Origin: Gnetum montanum
Taxonomy: Eukaryota > Plantae > Gnetophyta
Direction of reading: 5' to 3'
DNA length: 64,000 bases
NCBI GenBank assembly: GCA_015680685.1
Contig: MNCI01002568.1
Span: 580,258-644,257 of the forward strand
Positions 12,627 through 26,262 of the stretch are shown here, in pieces (positions within the stretch are counted from its first letter, which is position 1; each line of letters starts with the position of its first letter). The notes beneath the pieces were generated by a model, which was not told where the DNA came from, made no database searches, and saw only the letters and a program-made list of their open reading frames with translations. The position numbers were made by a program, and so were the translations under genes.

Positions 12627-14161
12627 TAAAACACCACTAAAAATTCATGTTACAAATTGTAAACTTCATTTTTCTACTTGAGGCAAGGATTCATTGTAAA
12701 TGTAAGATTTGCAAACCATGAGCTATAATCTTGCATACTTTAGCTTTTGGGTTAAAAATGCCTTAAAAGTTGCTATTACCTCACTTTCCAATTGAAAAAG
12801 GTTATCTCATGTCTATATTTGGGCTTGGGAAGGCTGAAAATGGCTTGGGAATGACCAAAATTAACATTTTCATGGGTTTTCATAGGGGTATAGCCTCAAT
12901 TACGTTGGAACCATCTACCCACTAGTGTAGATGGAATAGATGAAATTTTCCATTTCTAACCTAGCATAGTCACCACCAAAACCTAACAAAGATGCAACAC
13001 TAGAATTGTTGCGACTTTCCATTTTGGAATTGATGGCATTTTCTATTTTGGAATTACAACATTATCCATCTTGGAATTGGTGACATATTCAATTTCCATC
13101 AATGACCAATGTAGTCACTCCAAGTCTTTAGCAATTGCAACATGGCCAATGTAGATAACATTTTCCATGGTTTCCAGCAATTCCCATAGTTTCCAACATT
13201 TCCCACATTTTCCATAGTTTGTAGCATTTCCCAAGGCCAACATAGTTGGGATGGTGTCAGTGTAGTTACAAAAGTTTGTTTACTATTTATAGTAAACAAA
13301 TGGGCTTTGGTAGCTACGATGTATTTCAAAATTACTATAAATGGTAACTATGTCAAAATTACTATAAATGGTAACTATGTCAAAATTATTAATCATTATA
13401 GCTTGCAAATTGACATCAATCTATTAGTGATCATGATAGTGATGTACAAACCCTAAAAATAGCAATTCCACACTTATAAAAATCAAATGTAAATACCTTA
13501 TTTTGGGACAAAACCTTGAGAGAAAAAAATAATAGTATTTGGCATTTTTCATAACCCAAAGAGTCATGTGACCTTGCAACCCCTTTGGTAGCAAGAACTG
13601 GTAGCTATGCTATGCACAATAAATCCCATGTAATACCATTGCATCAAAGGTGGAACATCAAATTGTGATCACACAATGCTGATCTTGGTGGAAGTTAGTG
13701 TAGAGTTGCTAGAATTGGGGCTAGGAAGCATTCAGATAGTGGGGTTTTAAGTGCAAAGCTTAGGCTCCAATGGACTTCAAGCTCCCTTAAGTGATTTATT
13801 GTGCACTTATCACACAATCGGTAATTTTTGAAGCTATACTACTTTATTTTCCATTTTAATAAACTCCTAGTTCATTATTATGTAGATTTGACTTCAGTTT
13901 TTCATTTTTGTATCATTTTCCATTCCAGATCTATGATCCCATTTCCATTTACATTTATGTTTTCATTTTTTTTTGACAATTTCATTTATGTTTCCATTTA
14001 CATGGCCATTTTACACTCCTTAAGTCCTTGGGTGATCAACTAAACCATCTAGGGTACCTTAAATCTTATTTTTTATAGGTCCTTGGGATTTGAAGCTAAA
14101 ATTATTATGGTGCCTATTCATATTTTAGTTTCCATTCTAATTGAATTTACCAAGTCTAATA
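12627..14161 (+). repeat. Element A 5' LTR
   Basis: Colinear with 54993-56556 and followed by the PBS. Confidence 0.88.
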
Positions 14162-14949
14162 TTTTTTTGGTGCTAGAAGGACCTCTACCCAAATTCTTAG
14201 CCATAAACCCTACTCTAATCTTTTCCCAATATCAAGTCTACTATGTTTCCAACTCTAAGACTCAATTTCATTATTCCATCAAGACAAGCATTCCTATCGA
14301 AAATCCTTTCCCACATACCTTAGCATAGTAGTGGTAATTGAGTTGGATTTCTACTATAATTTCACAAAAATTGTTGATTTCTTGGGAACCAATGTTGTCT
14401 ACTCCAAAAACCATTTTCCATTCCATTGCAAAACTCTATTATGTTCCCAAAGCTTTATTCCATTTTGGAAGTCTTTTTCTGTATCATGAGGTATATCCCT
14501 CAACCTTCATCTTCCCCTTACTGAATCATGTTTGGATCCATACTCATCATCGTAGTGCACCAAACATAATCGATGCCATAATCTACAACCTTTCATTTCT
14601 CTATGCTTTTTACTACATAGCCTAGATTTGTATGGCTATCATCGATGGTTGTGATCACCACTAATCCTCTTGCCACCTAAATGGGACCCATCGTGAAATC
14701 CCAAGTAACCTAGGGATCACATACCCATTTCATCCCATTTATGCCCTAGATACTAACACAAACATCATTCTCTTTGTTTAGCCCACCTGCCACCATAATG
14801 ACACAACCTCTCCCCTTGATGCCATAATCGATAGCAAGGTTGCAAGTTTTCCAATAGATGTCATAGCCCTTCATGTAGACCCCACAATTGCCAGGGACAC
14901 CCCATGGCCTAGATCAAGCCTTCTAGATGATCTAGGACATGACTAATTA

Positions 14950-17330
14950 GTTGAGAGGCTCAAAGCCTCTACATTCCAGATTGTTAAGATTATGGACTTA
15001 TATTAGGATGATCCCATTAGTCCTAGTGGTTCCACCCCTAACTCTCCCCTCTGGTGTCCCCATACCACAATTTACAAAGTACAATGGTGAAGGTGACCCA
15101 AACTTCCATCTCATAATCTTTCACTTGGAGTACTTGTTACTATAAGTTTAGCCTCGCATAATTTATGAGGATATTCTCTATGTTCCTTACAAGGAAGACC
15201 CTTGACTAATTTTGTGTCTTGCTGAGATGATCCATATCTTCTTTGGAAGACCTAATTTCTCAATTCATTAACTTCTTCAAGTATAACTTGAAGTCTAATA
15301 TCAAACTTGACTAGTTAATGAAGGTTAAGCAAGGACCTTTTGAATTGGTGCAAAAGTTCATCCAATGATGGAACAATTTTCCCAATGAGATACTAGAACC
15401 TATAGCTAAAACTCACCTTTTAGCTATATTCAAGGGGATGGTTAACGATTTCATCAAGTCGAAGTTGCACTACCTAGATTTGTAGTCACTAAGTCAAGCA
15501 TTCTCTTAGATCAAAAACATAAAGGATGTTGTGTAGGCTAGGCATGATGTTGCCTATGTGGCATATAAAAACCAACACACATGAAAGGACAAAGTGAGGA
15601 GAAGGCAAAACAATGTGGTATTGGAAACTATAGCCATAGAGAGTAAGACAACCAACCAAGGGCCACGAACCAACCAACCCAAGGCCCCTACCAACAATCA
15701 TAATAATTAATCCTTGACATATGGGACCACTGCATTGACTACTTCATAGCCAATTTTGAATAGAAATAAAGAACAAAATATACTAGGCTACCTTTGAAAC
15801 CATTTGAACTATTTGATCAACTATTGAAGAGTGGGAGGATACAATACAAGAAAATGATTGAGAATGCCTAAAAAAGGCATGAAAGGCTATGTGAGCTAGC
15901 CAAAGATCCTACTCAAGCAATCAAGGATGATCCCCTGGTATCTAAGTATTTTAATCTTGACTACTTTTGCCACTATCTTCAATTGCCTGTTCATGACATT
16001 GATTTTTTGGTTACATTAAAAGATGACATATAAAAGATGAGATAGGGGTGAGCTTGTTCTTGATGCATACAACTCAGTTGGACCTCAAAACTAGTTGATG
16101 CATATCTACAAAGACTCATTGAAAGCTAGTAATAGTCTATATACCATAATGATGTTCAATGTTAATCACAACCTGAGGCTTGTGAGGGAAACATTTGTGA
16201 TTTGGGTACCTCCTCGTAACAAAAGGGGCACTTCAACTTCCACAAGTTTAAGAACCTCCTTTATTTTAAGGTTAGCATCATTTTCATCCTTCAAAAAGCC
16301 TTTCATAATCTAAGTGCCTTCCCCTCCAATTACAACTAAGTCCACCCACATGATCAAACAATGATCCCCCATGGTGGATAATGCGATAGCTTCTTCTTCC
16401 CAACTAAAAAAAGATAATAAAAATTCATAAACCAAACAATGTAAGAAGCATGTGCAAAAGCCTAAGAATAAGAATGATAAATAAGCTAAGGGATGGAAGG
16501 AAGTCAGCCCATCGAAGCCCACTCCCATTTCATCTATGCCCATGACCTTAACTACCTAGGCTGCTTCAACTAGTGAACCATAGGAGGATCCTAAGTCTCA
16601 AGAGAAAGGAAAAGAGGCAAGGACACAACAAAATAAACACAAAGTCTACATTTTGGATGCATGGAGTAAGTTTGGAATAATAAGAACAACATGCGCATGA
16701 CCAACATGCAATGGACAAGTTAAGTAGTCTCTGAAATAGAAGAATATAACATTAAGCCCATATGACCTTCTCATGATTTCTAATACACATCGTGAAGCAC
16801 TAGTTAATATGTTGACCTTCATCCCCATTAGCAAGGACATCCCTTCTAATCAAGAGTTCATCAATGTAGTGATGATTCCTTCTTTACCTAAGGAAGCATG
16901 ATCAACATCACTAGTGTTTTGCGATAGTGAGATCAAGACAAACCCCCAAATAGCAAGGTGACTAAGGAACCCTATTTATAATGATAAGGGTTGGATAATA
17001 TAACATCCATAGGGTGCATGTTGATGATGGAGTAGTAACAAATGTTATACCTTATACCATCATTGAGCATTTGGGCTTGACAAAGCAAATGCAACACATG
17101 ATGACTTCAGACCTTAAATCCTTCAATGAATCATGGTTTGCTATCAAAGGTTTCATCTCTCATAGAAAAATTCTTGGTGGTAGAAGAAACACCAAAATTC
17201 AATCTTATCCTGGGAAGGTCTTGGCTAGCTTAATTACAAGCTATGTCTTCACCTATCTACCAAGAGATTCACTTGTCTTATGAGGAAGTTGAAATAATCA
17301 TTCATGGTGATAATGTGGTCCACTAGCAGT
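14950..17330 (+). pseudogene. gag: Element A degenerate gag and protease
   Basis: IPQFTKYNGEGDPNFHL (15060-15112); FINFFKYNLK..VKQGPFELVQKFI; FCHYLQLPVHD; protease RVHVDDGVVTNVIPYTIIEHLGL at 17011. Confidence 0.85.
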
Positions 17331-18249
17331 TAACAACATTGATGTAGAATAGGGATATAAAGTGGAGTTTCAAGAAGAAACCCTTGCTATTAGCTACAAA
17401 ATCAAAGAGCCTGAGGTGGTGAAAGAGGCCAAGACAAACAACAATGAACCAATTAACACACCATGGGGGGAGCTCCCCTTTAGCATCATTAACGAAGGGG
17501 ATGGGAAATACAAGCTTATGAAACATAGACTATACACATTACATAATCCCTGAAAGATTAGGAAACATCTACACAAGTGATATGTACCCTTAGCTCTCCT
17601 ACCCCCATGCACCTATGACCAAGTAACCAAATTTATTTATAGCCTTTTTGCTTAGTTAGCATTTTACCTTTGCTTTATGTTAGAGTTATATTGGAATTTA
17701 GCTCAAAGTTCATGTTGAGTTTGCATTTTTAGTTTTAAATCCTTTCTTCTCTTTTTTATTAAAAAACCAAAATATATACAAATTTTAAAACTTGAAAAAA
17801 TCCATAAAAATTTTTATGTTTTCCTTTATCGCACGACATGATAAGGCCTTAAACTTGCAAAAACTTGATAGCGTGCCATGGCCTTAAGTTGGAAAATATT
17901 ATTATAACTTATTTACGATTTAGCCTATAGCCTTATTACCTAGCCATTTCAAATTTTTATTGTAATATAACCAAGATAGCCAATATAGCCTTAAAACCAT
18001 CATTATAACAAAAAATTGTAAAACCACAATAAGACCATAATGCTAGAATGATATAACCTAAATGGAAACTTGAACTTAAAATTAAAATGTTTACAACAAG
18101 ATAACCATGGCCACATGGTGTGGTAAAAATGTTTAAATGATAAATAATAAATAATGAAGTTGTTCACAACTGAATAGGCAGATAACACCAACCATAGCAA
18201 CATCAAAGTTAACATTAAACATCATCAATGGAACAACTGAAAACAGATA

Positions 18250-18938
18250 GTGGGTGATGTTAGGAGGCATCTAGAGGAGGAGGTGGAGGTTCATTCCCAA
18301 CCTCACCATCGAGACTACTAGTATCATTTAGTGCTTGTAACATGACAATACAAGATAAATTAGTAATTAATGCACAATAAAACTAAGTTAATAACTTAAT
18401 TAGAACTAGAATAAACCATAGAAAAACTAAAACAAGAATACCTAAGATGGTTCCAGAGTAGCATACTCCATGGGAAAAGTCTAAAGAATAACCTCTAGAT
18501 AGTGGAGGAGTTGGCCTTCAGTCATGTTGGCCTAATCTATGTACCAAGATTATCAGTGAGGATGTTACTCTCATTGATGTCACTTCATGTGGGGGGCTTA
18601 TGTTAGAAGGTGGCAATGGTTACCTCCCCTAAGGTAGTAGTCATTTTATGAATAGGTAAGTTAGCCACAATCACACTATTTGCAAATAACTTGTATACTT
18701 CTTCCACATTGACCCTTCATAAATAATTCCAATCAACACCATTCTATTGATTCATCTTGTAGCCACTTGAGGTAGCCATCCCACATGACATTGTATTGCC
18801 CCTTATGATCCTTTTGCACTTGGCCCCACTCAAGGATCCAAGAACAATAGTCCTTCCATTTGCTAGCCTTGAAATTTATTAGATCAATCTTATGTTTTTG
18901 TTCCACTACCTCTATGGCAAGAACAACCTTTCCATGGC
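18250..18938 (-). pseudogene. Element A antisense accessory gene, 3' part (split by element B)
   Basis: HGKVVLAIEVVEQKHKIDLINFKASKWKDYCSWILEWGQVQKDHKGQY joins in frame to 37629 across the B TSD, and is homologous to 29900-30120 (+). Confidence 0.75.
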
Positions 18939-20546
18939 TATAGTGACTAAAAATGTTGGCAGTTGGAAAACACTGAGGGGTTGGCAAGTGCAACAGTTTT
19001 GACCCCGTACCCACTGGTGGGTAGTGCTGGGTGTGTGCAGATACAAGGTACCCTGAACAGTCTAGTCGAACAGACAAGGACTTAATCAGCATCTATATAG
19101 CCTTTTTGCAATGTTTAGTTTGAAAACACAAATGATGAAGTGATGTAATGCTTAAATACAAAGAAGACAGAAAGCAGGGTAAAACACAGTAATAAGTAGG
19201 AAACAAAATAAGATGCAGCTAGAAAAATGCACCGCTCAGGAGTTACAAGTTTGCCTTGTCAGGATGGATATGGTCAGTTGCACAGCATTGCGGAGTGTAG
19301 ACATCCCAAGAGTAACCAAGACGTGTAGGAAAAGGATGACTATGTGCTTGAGCGCGGACTTAGGAGTTGACCATGCAGGGGTTCTACCAAGGTGGTAGAA
19401 GGGGGATAGAACAAAATGTCAGCCAAGGATGCTAACCATTTGCAGTGTCAAATAGACAGGTTACAATGCTTGATGTTACAATGTACCAGGAAGAGAGCTT
19501 GAGTGCTAGAGAGAGGAAAAGTTGAAAAATCAGAAAAAAATTGAACCCTTTGAATGTTGCTTGTTGGGGTATTTATAGGACTAAGGGCATGCGAAAGGGA
19601 TGGTTTGGATGCCACGTGTCTTGGGCCTTTGTTGACTTGTCTGTGCTGCACGTGCTAGCATAACCATTGGATGTGCATGGCCGTTGTGACTGTGAGTTTG
19701 TTATGTTGCAACTATGGGTCTGCCACACCATAATTGCACCATCAATGTTTGGAGATGTGTGCCAATGGTTCAATTAGGTGAAGTGCATTGATGTCTCACA
19801 ACCACCTGCATGCTTTGCTCTGCTTCGTAGTGTAGCATGCTCAGTGTAACGTAGCATGTTGTCCCACATTTCATTGCATGTGCTACATACTTGCTACGCT
19901 ATGCTATGCTATGTAGCGTAGCGTCTAGCCTTAGTCATGAAAACTTGGCCATTTTGCAAACCTTGCTTCTTGGATTGCGGAACTTACAATCTTGCTGATC
20001 TTGCCCTTTGAGTTTCCTTTTGTTTCTTCCATAGGATTGCTATGCCTCATTGTACCATGTAGCTCAATGTAGCATAGTAGCAGACATGATCTGTTGCTTC
20101 CTGATGGAAAGGGACTTTTTTGAAGAACTTAAAGTTGGGTGAGGGAACTAGTTGTATAGCTATTTCCATGCTACGCTATGCTACATAGTGTAGTGTAGCA
20201 TGGCACTTCGTCCTGTAATCATTTTCTGAAGCTTGCTACGCTACATAGTGAGGCGTAGCGTAGCATAGTAGACTTCATGACCTAGAAAACTTTCCGAACT
20301 ATTTCGTGCATCCTAAGTGCTGCTGTCAACTCTGCACACTGCTTCTAAGTAGGCTATCGGCTAGGCAAACTACTTGGGTGGACAAGTAGGATGATCTGTA
20401 GAGCATGTTTACACCCAAAGTAGAAAATTTGCCAAACTGGCTAGCCTAAATTTAGAGCGTTCTCCTCCCAAAGAACTACTATAGCATTATGCCAATTGCA
20501 AGGCTTGGTGAAGTGTTAATGACTTTGAATTTTTTGGGGTGTTTCA
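18939..20546 (-). repeat. Element B 3' LTR
   Basis: Begins TGAAACACCCC on the minus strand; TATA-like ctataaatac near 19570-19579; (gctac)n/(gtagc)n palindromes; matches both ends of 35587-37628. Confidence 0.92.
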
Positions 20547-21855
20547 TTGGCCCCTCTTTGTCAAATTCTAGAGAATGGGCTCGATAGACGTTAACAAAGA
20601 ATATGAAACACTGTAGAAGGAAAAATGTTGAGGTTGTCGCTCAGTGAGTGTCGAGACATCGCTTAGCTACACTTAAGAGTGTTGCATTTGAGTGACAAGG
20701 TGAAGCAGGGAGGAAGGAGGCATAGGAGAAGGGTAAGAGTGAGGTTTAGTTGAATCCCTCGTCGAAGTGCTCATGAGGGAGTCGTGTGCATTTTCACCTT
20801 TGCTTCAGGTGACCTCCAACCTCTCATAGGACAGGTGTCTTTCCCAGGATGAGTTTTGTTACATTTGTGTAGGGTTTCAACCTACCTAAAGATGCATTCC
20901 ATGCGGCAAGCTACATTATGCATGTCATGGAACCTACACTGGCATTTCCCATGTGACGAGCTATGTTACACATGTCATGGGAGTTTGCACTATGTAGTAG
21001 TCAAGCTAGTCAAGGCACTCACTTCGCGACACTGTAGCATTTGGTACTGTTGCAAGACATGCCCTCAGGGACAAAGTTCTTGCTGGCTGCTAGCATTGTT
21101 GAAGCCATTGGACATCATTGTTGGTGTACAATGTCCAAAGTAGGAAGGCCAACAGTGGCCTTGGCAACGTCGACATGGAGGAACCAGCCTTGGAGGTTTC
21201 GTTGTGAGTGCAAATGCAGTAGAAACGCTACCAGGGGCATGCATTCCTAGTTCAGCTATGGGATCGGTTACCACATAGCCAAACATCATTGGTAGGGGAC
21301 TGGAGGATAAAAATATTGTGGCTGGCCCACAATACTATTGGAACTCCAACTGTAGGCCCTAATTGAGGAGCTACCATCAGGGCAAGGGGCCGTGGCGATG
21401 GTAGGTTCGAAGGGCCAATATGATGTCATACGACATCTTTGGAGGGTTAGCATGATGCTAAGGGTGGTGACATCACATATGTTCCAGACCGCGTTCCCAT
21501 TGTGTCGTGAACTACATTCTAGAGTTGTGATGACCCACCCATGCATCAGCATCGCGCCCACTTGTTTGATGTGTATTTGGTGCTGGTGCATGCTAGGGAT
21601 GTGACATGAACCTAGTTTAAGGTCTTGGTAGACCATGTGCTGGTTTAAGGTCCCAGTAGACTACTATGCTGGTTTAAGGTCCCAACATAAAGTACATGCT
21701 AGTTTAACGTTGTAGCGGATGTTGCTTGTTGTTGTTGCTAGTTTAACATCATGGCAGACAGTGCTCGATGTCGCTAGTTTATTGTCATTGCGAATGCTAC
21801 TCGGTGTCGTTGCTAGTTTATTGTCGTAGTGGACAGTGGTGGCTACCATTATGCT

Positions 21856-24800
21856 TCAGATGTAGTATGGCTTGAGGTACAAGTGGTTCATTGGGTTGGC
21901 AAACTCATTGCCATCCATGTCTGCTAGCTTGAAGGCTTTAGTGAGTACGTAAGGATCTTCCAAGTTGGCTGAGAATTTGCTCACATGCTGATAGAGAGCC
22001 TTGAGGATGAGGTCTCCCTTTTGCACTGGCGGTCAATGTGGGTCTACATGGTGCTTCTACTACTACTTGCTCTGGTAGTGCTCGATGCATCTCAGCGTCT
22101 GCACATGCTCCTCCTCTATTGAATCAAGGTCGATGATTTATGACTCATTGTTCTAGGCTTTGCTCACAACGTCGAATAGGATCATCCGGAGTGATGATAC
22201 CTACAAATCAAGAGGAAATACAAATTTAGATCCATAAACAAGGCTGTAAGGATTCTTACTTGTTGCGGTCCTGCACATCATTCGGTAGGCCCACAGGACG
22301 TAGAGGATTTGCTCATGCCATCGTCTCTTGCTGTTGTTGAGCATCCGCTTCAGCAAGTTGATGATGAAATTATTTGTAGCCTCTGCCTACCCATTTGCCT
22401 ACAAATAATAGGAGGAGGAGAATGATTACTTAATGCCTAGATTGTTGCAGAAGGTTCAGGTTTCTGTACTGCTAAACTGTGGCCCATTGTTGGTTACAAT
22501 AGTCATTGGAAGCTTGAATCTTGTTACGATGTTGTCTAGGATGAAATGGTAGATTTGCTGAGACATTGTCTTCCTTAGGGGGATAGCTTCCATCCAATTG
22601 GTAAAGTACTCAGTGGCAGTGATAATGAAACTATGCCCTACAGAGGACTTAGTTGTGATAGGCTCTATGAGGTCTAATCCCCATCGTTGGAAGGGCCACG
22701 TGATTTGCATTGGGTGCAGGTCTGCAGGTGCTATGTGTATGAGATTTTTGTATCTTTGGCATGTGTTACATGTCTTGAATTTTGACAGGCAGTCACGTTC
22801 CATGTGGGGCTAGTAGTACCCTAGGCATCTAATTTTCACTGCCATATCCCTGGAAGCTATGTGTTCACTGCACAACCCCTCATGCACTTCATTAACTACC
22901 TTCTGCGCCTACTCCCCACCCACTCATGCTAGCAATATCCCATTGTAGGAACGTCAGCACAGGGAGTCATTTTCCATGAGCACGTATTGCCAGGCACGCT
23001 TACGGATTGCATCTCTCTAGGAAGATGTCAATCCACCTAGGGTTTCACCATGCTGTAGGTATGTTTTAATGTTGGCATACCACTCTTGGGTATCCGCAGC
23101 ACTGACAGAGGCCACGTGTTCCATCTAAGTGATAGGCTCTACGCATTTGATAATCAAAGTTGGCAAGTTTGCAGAGGAATGTAATGGAATTTTTAATGCA
23201 AGGATAGCTAAGGCATTTGCCATGGTGTTCTCGTTGCGTGGAACGTGTTGCACATTTATGGTTGCAAATTGCTCAAGTAGGGTTTTCGCTAAGTCGTAGT
23301 AGGGTTGCAGGTGCATAGCCGTGCAGGCGTAGGCCTTAATGATTTGATTCATAACTAATTATGAATCTCCCCAGATTGCCAAGTGTTGTATGTGTAGTGC
23401 TCGGGAAGTTAAGAGGCCTCTGAGTAGCCCTTCATATTCTGCCACATTGTTGGTACAAGGAAATGCAAAACGATAAGTAGATGGGTGCATTTCCCTAAAG
23501 GGAAATGTAATGATGGCAGCTGCACTACCTCCTCGTGTGGTTGAGGCACCGTCAAAGTGTAAAGTGGCTTCGAAATGCGATGGGACAATGTCGATATTGC
23601 TAACATGCTCGTCCGAGAATTTAGGGTCTATGGTTTCCTGGTCGTCGATGGGCAAGGCTGTGAGTTGGATTGCTATGGCTTGAGCCTTCATCAACGATTG
23701 ACTTACATAGTGTAAATTGAACTCTATGGTTATTACCTTCCATCGGGCTATCTTGCTACTTTCGTATAGGTTTTTTGTAATAGCCCGAAGTATATTGCTT
23801 TTGCAAATGATATTGGTTGTACTACAACATAGGTAATGCCTCCACTTTTTTAGTGCGAACACTAAGGCAAGGCAATTCTTCTCTACTTTGTTGTATTTCA
23901 CCTAGTGTGCTATTAGTGCATGACTTAAGTAATACATTGGTACCTCAAAACCATCATCTAATTTCTAACATAATAGTGCCATGGCAGATGTGTCAGAGGT
24001 GGCGAGGTAGACGAAGAAGGGTTTGTTCCTTTGTGGTGGATGCACAGTCAGGAGGTGTAAAAGCTCCTTATTTAGGTCATTAAAGCCTTTTTGACACTAG
24101 GTTGTAAAAGTTAACCCCCTTCTTTAGAAGATGTTACATGGGGTGTAACTTATTGGTCAACCTTGCTATGAACCTTTGAATGAACTATACCCTACCTTGC
24201 AAACCACTAAGCTCCTTAAGGTTTGTGGGAGACACCAGGTTGACGATGGCCTTGACTTTGTTAGGGTCCACCCATATTCCAGCCTCTAATACTACAAACC
24301 CTAACATGCGTTTGATTTTCACCTTGAAGATGTACTTCTTGGGATTGAGGTGTAAGTCATGCATTTGGCAACACTTGAGGACTACTCCTAGATCACGTGG
24401 GTGATAAGCTATCTCCTTGGACTTGACCGCTATATCATCCACATAGTCGTTTAATGTTTCTAGGATATAGTCACTAAAAATGTAGGTCATGGCTTCCTGG
24501 TATGTTTCTTCAGCATTTTTGAGCCCAAAGGGCATCATGATGTAGTAGAAGGTGCTCCATGGGGTCATGAAGGTTGTTGATAGTTGGTGCTCTGGGTTAA
24601 TGCAGATTTGGTTGTATCTGGAGAAACCATCCATGAAGGATAGTAGAGCATGACCAGCCATGGTGTCGATGAGCTTATCGATGCTTGGGAGTGGGAAGTT
24701 GTCCTTGATCGTCGCCTTGTTCAAGTCCTAGAAGTTTATACAGATGCATATTTCTCCCATTTTCTTCGAAACCACAATGATGTTGGACACCCACTCTGAG

Positions 24801-25237
24801 TAGTCAACCACGTGGATGAAACCAACTTGGTATATCTTGGTGATTTCATCCCTCATAGCTAGTGCAATTTCTGGATTAACATTGCGAGCCTCCTACTTGA
24901 CTGCCTTAATGTGTGGGTCTAGGATGATGTTGTGCTGAATCAGCCGTGGATCTAGACTTGGCATGTCACTGTACGGCCATGTGAAGACATTGATGTTGTC
25001 TTGTAGAATCTTGGCTACATTTTTATCCATTTGTGTGTTTAGGAGGGAGTTGAGTTTTAACATTTTCACCTTCCCCTTTGATGTGGTCACAAGCATCTCG
25101 ATGAGAGGGTCCTCAGTTACATCCCCAACCTCTAAGTCTAGGGCTTTGAATAGATGCTCAGGCCAGTCTGGGGATGCTTCTAAGGTTGCTATAGTGCTGG
25201 TTGTGGTCAACCCCCAGTCGATCATGTTGGGGTTCAA
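21856..25237 (-). pseudogene. pol: Element B pol: RT - RNase H - additional RNase H - integrase
   Basis: RT SFMDGFSRYNQI..MPFGLKNA..YVDDI; RH KNCLALVFALKKWRHYL; aRH LHFDGAS..TNNVAEYEGLLRGL..GDS..HVPRNEN; INT CNTCQ..WPFQRWGLDL..TNNGPQF. Several stops and frameshifts. Confidence 0.95.
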
Positions 25238-26262
25238 CTGTCTTGCGAGCTTGCCCTATGGACCTACTAACGTTAAGGGCATGGAGAGGTCGTGATGGAT
25301 TTCCATCTCTTGCTCGACTTGCCAACATGAGATAAAAGCCTGGTTAAGAGGCGTCTGTTGGCAAGGATTGTGTATAACAAAAATTTGCAAAGTAGTGACG
25401 AGATACAACTTGCGAAGTGTGATGATGTAAAGATTGAAAGTTTGCCAGTTTAAGGTCATGGCGGACTGCCAAGACATAAGAGTGTAGGACCACTAGAGAT
25501 GTAAAACTGCCGATGCAAAGCATGAAGCTGTGAAAATGCAAATGCCAAACTGCTAGTTTAGTGTCATTTCGAACTACCAAATTGTAACATGAAAAATTTT
25601 AACGTGCCGAATTGGTAGTGTGTGAAAGAGAAAATTGCGGTATTAGAAATGTAAAACTGTTAATGTGAAAATGTGAACTGTTGACATGAAAGCATGAGAT
25701 TGACACTGCCAATGTGGAAGTGTGAAATTATGGAAAGATGCAAAACTGCCCATGTAAGAGTGTGGAATTACAGACTGTGAACGTAATAGGTTGAAACTGC
25801 TATTTTAGGGTCTTTTCAGACCATTAGAGGTGTAACTACGCTAGGATTACTAGTTTAAGGTCTTTTTGGACCGGTCGTGTTGCGATTGCTAGGATTGCTA
25901 ATTTAAGGTCTTTTTGAACCCATAACGAAAGCAAATATATATTTTTTATTTTCAAGAAAGAAAACACTTAGCTGACTTGAAGCGTGTCAAGACTTTAATG
26001 CTAACAGTGCTATGGTGTCATGGCAAGCATGCTATGCTGTACAACGTTATTCACATTACTCGGAGAGAGACGGCAGAAAGTTTTCCCATGTTGCCATCAT
26101 GGCCATAAATAGGGGTTAAACCATGGTACTTTTTACATTCTCCACTGTAAGAGCACAGAGCCCACATCGGAGCACAAGGCTATTTTAGAGCATGAAGAAA
26201 TTGTGTTAATGATTAGCAAGGTGAGCTTTTACAGCGAAGAGGGTAAATATGCAAGAAGAACA

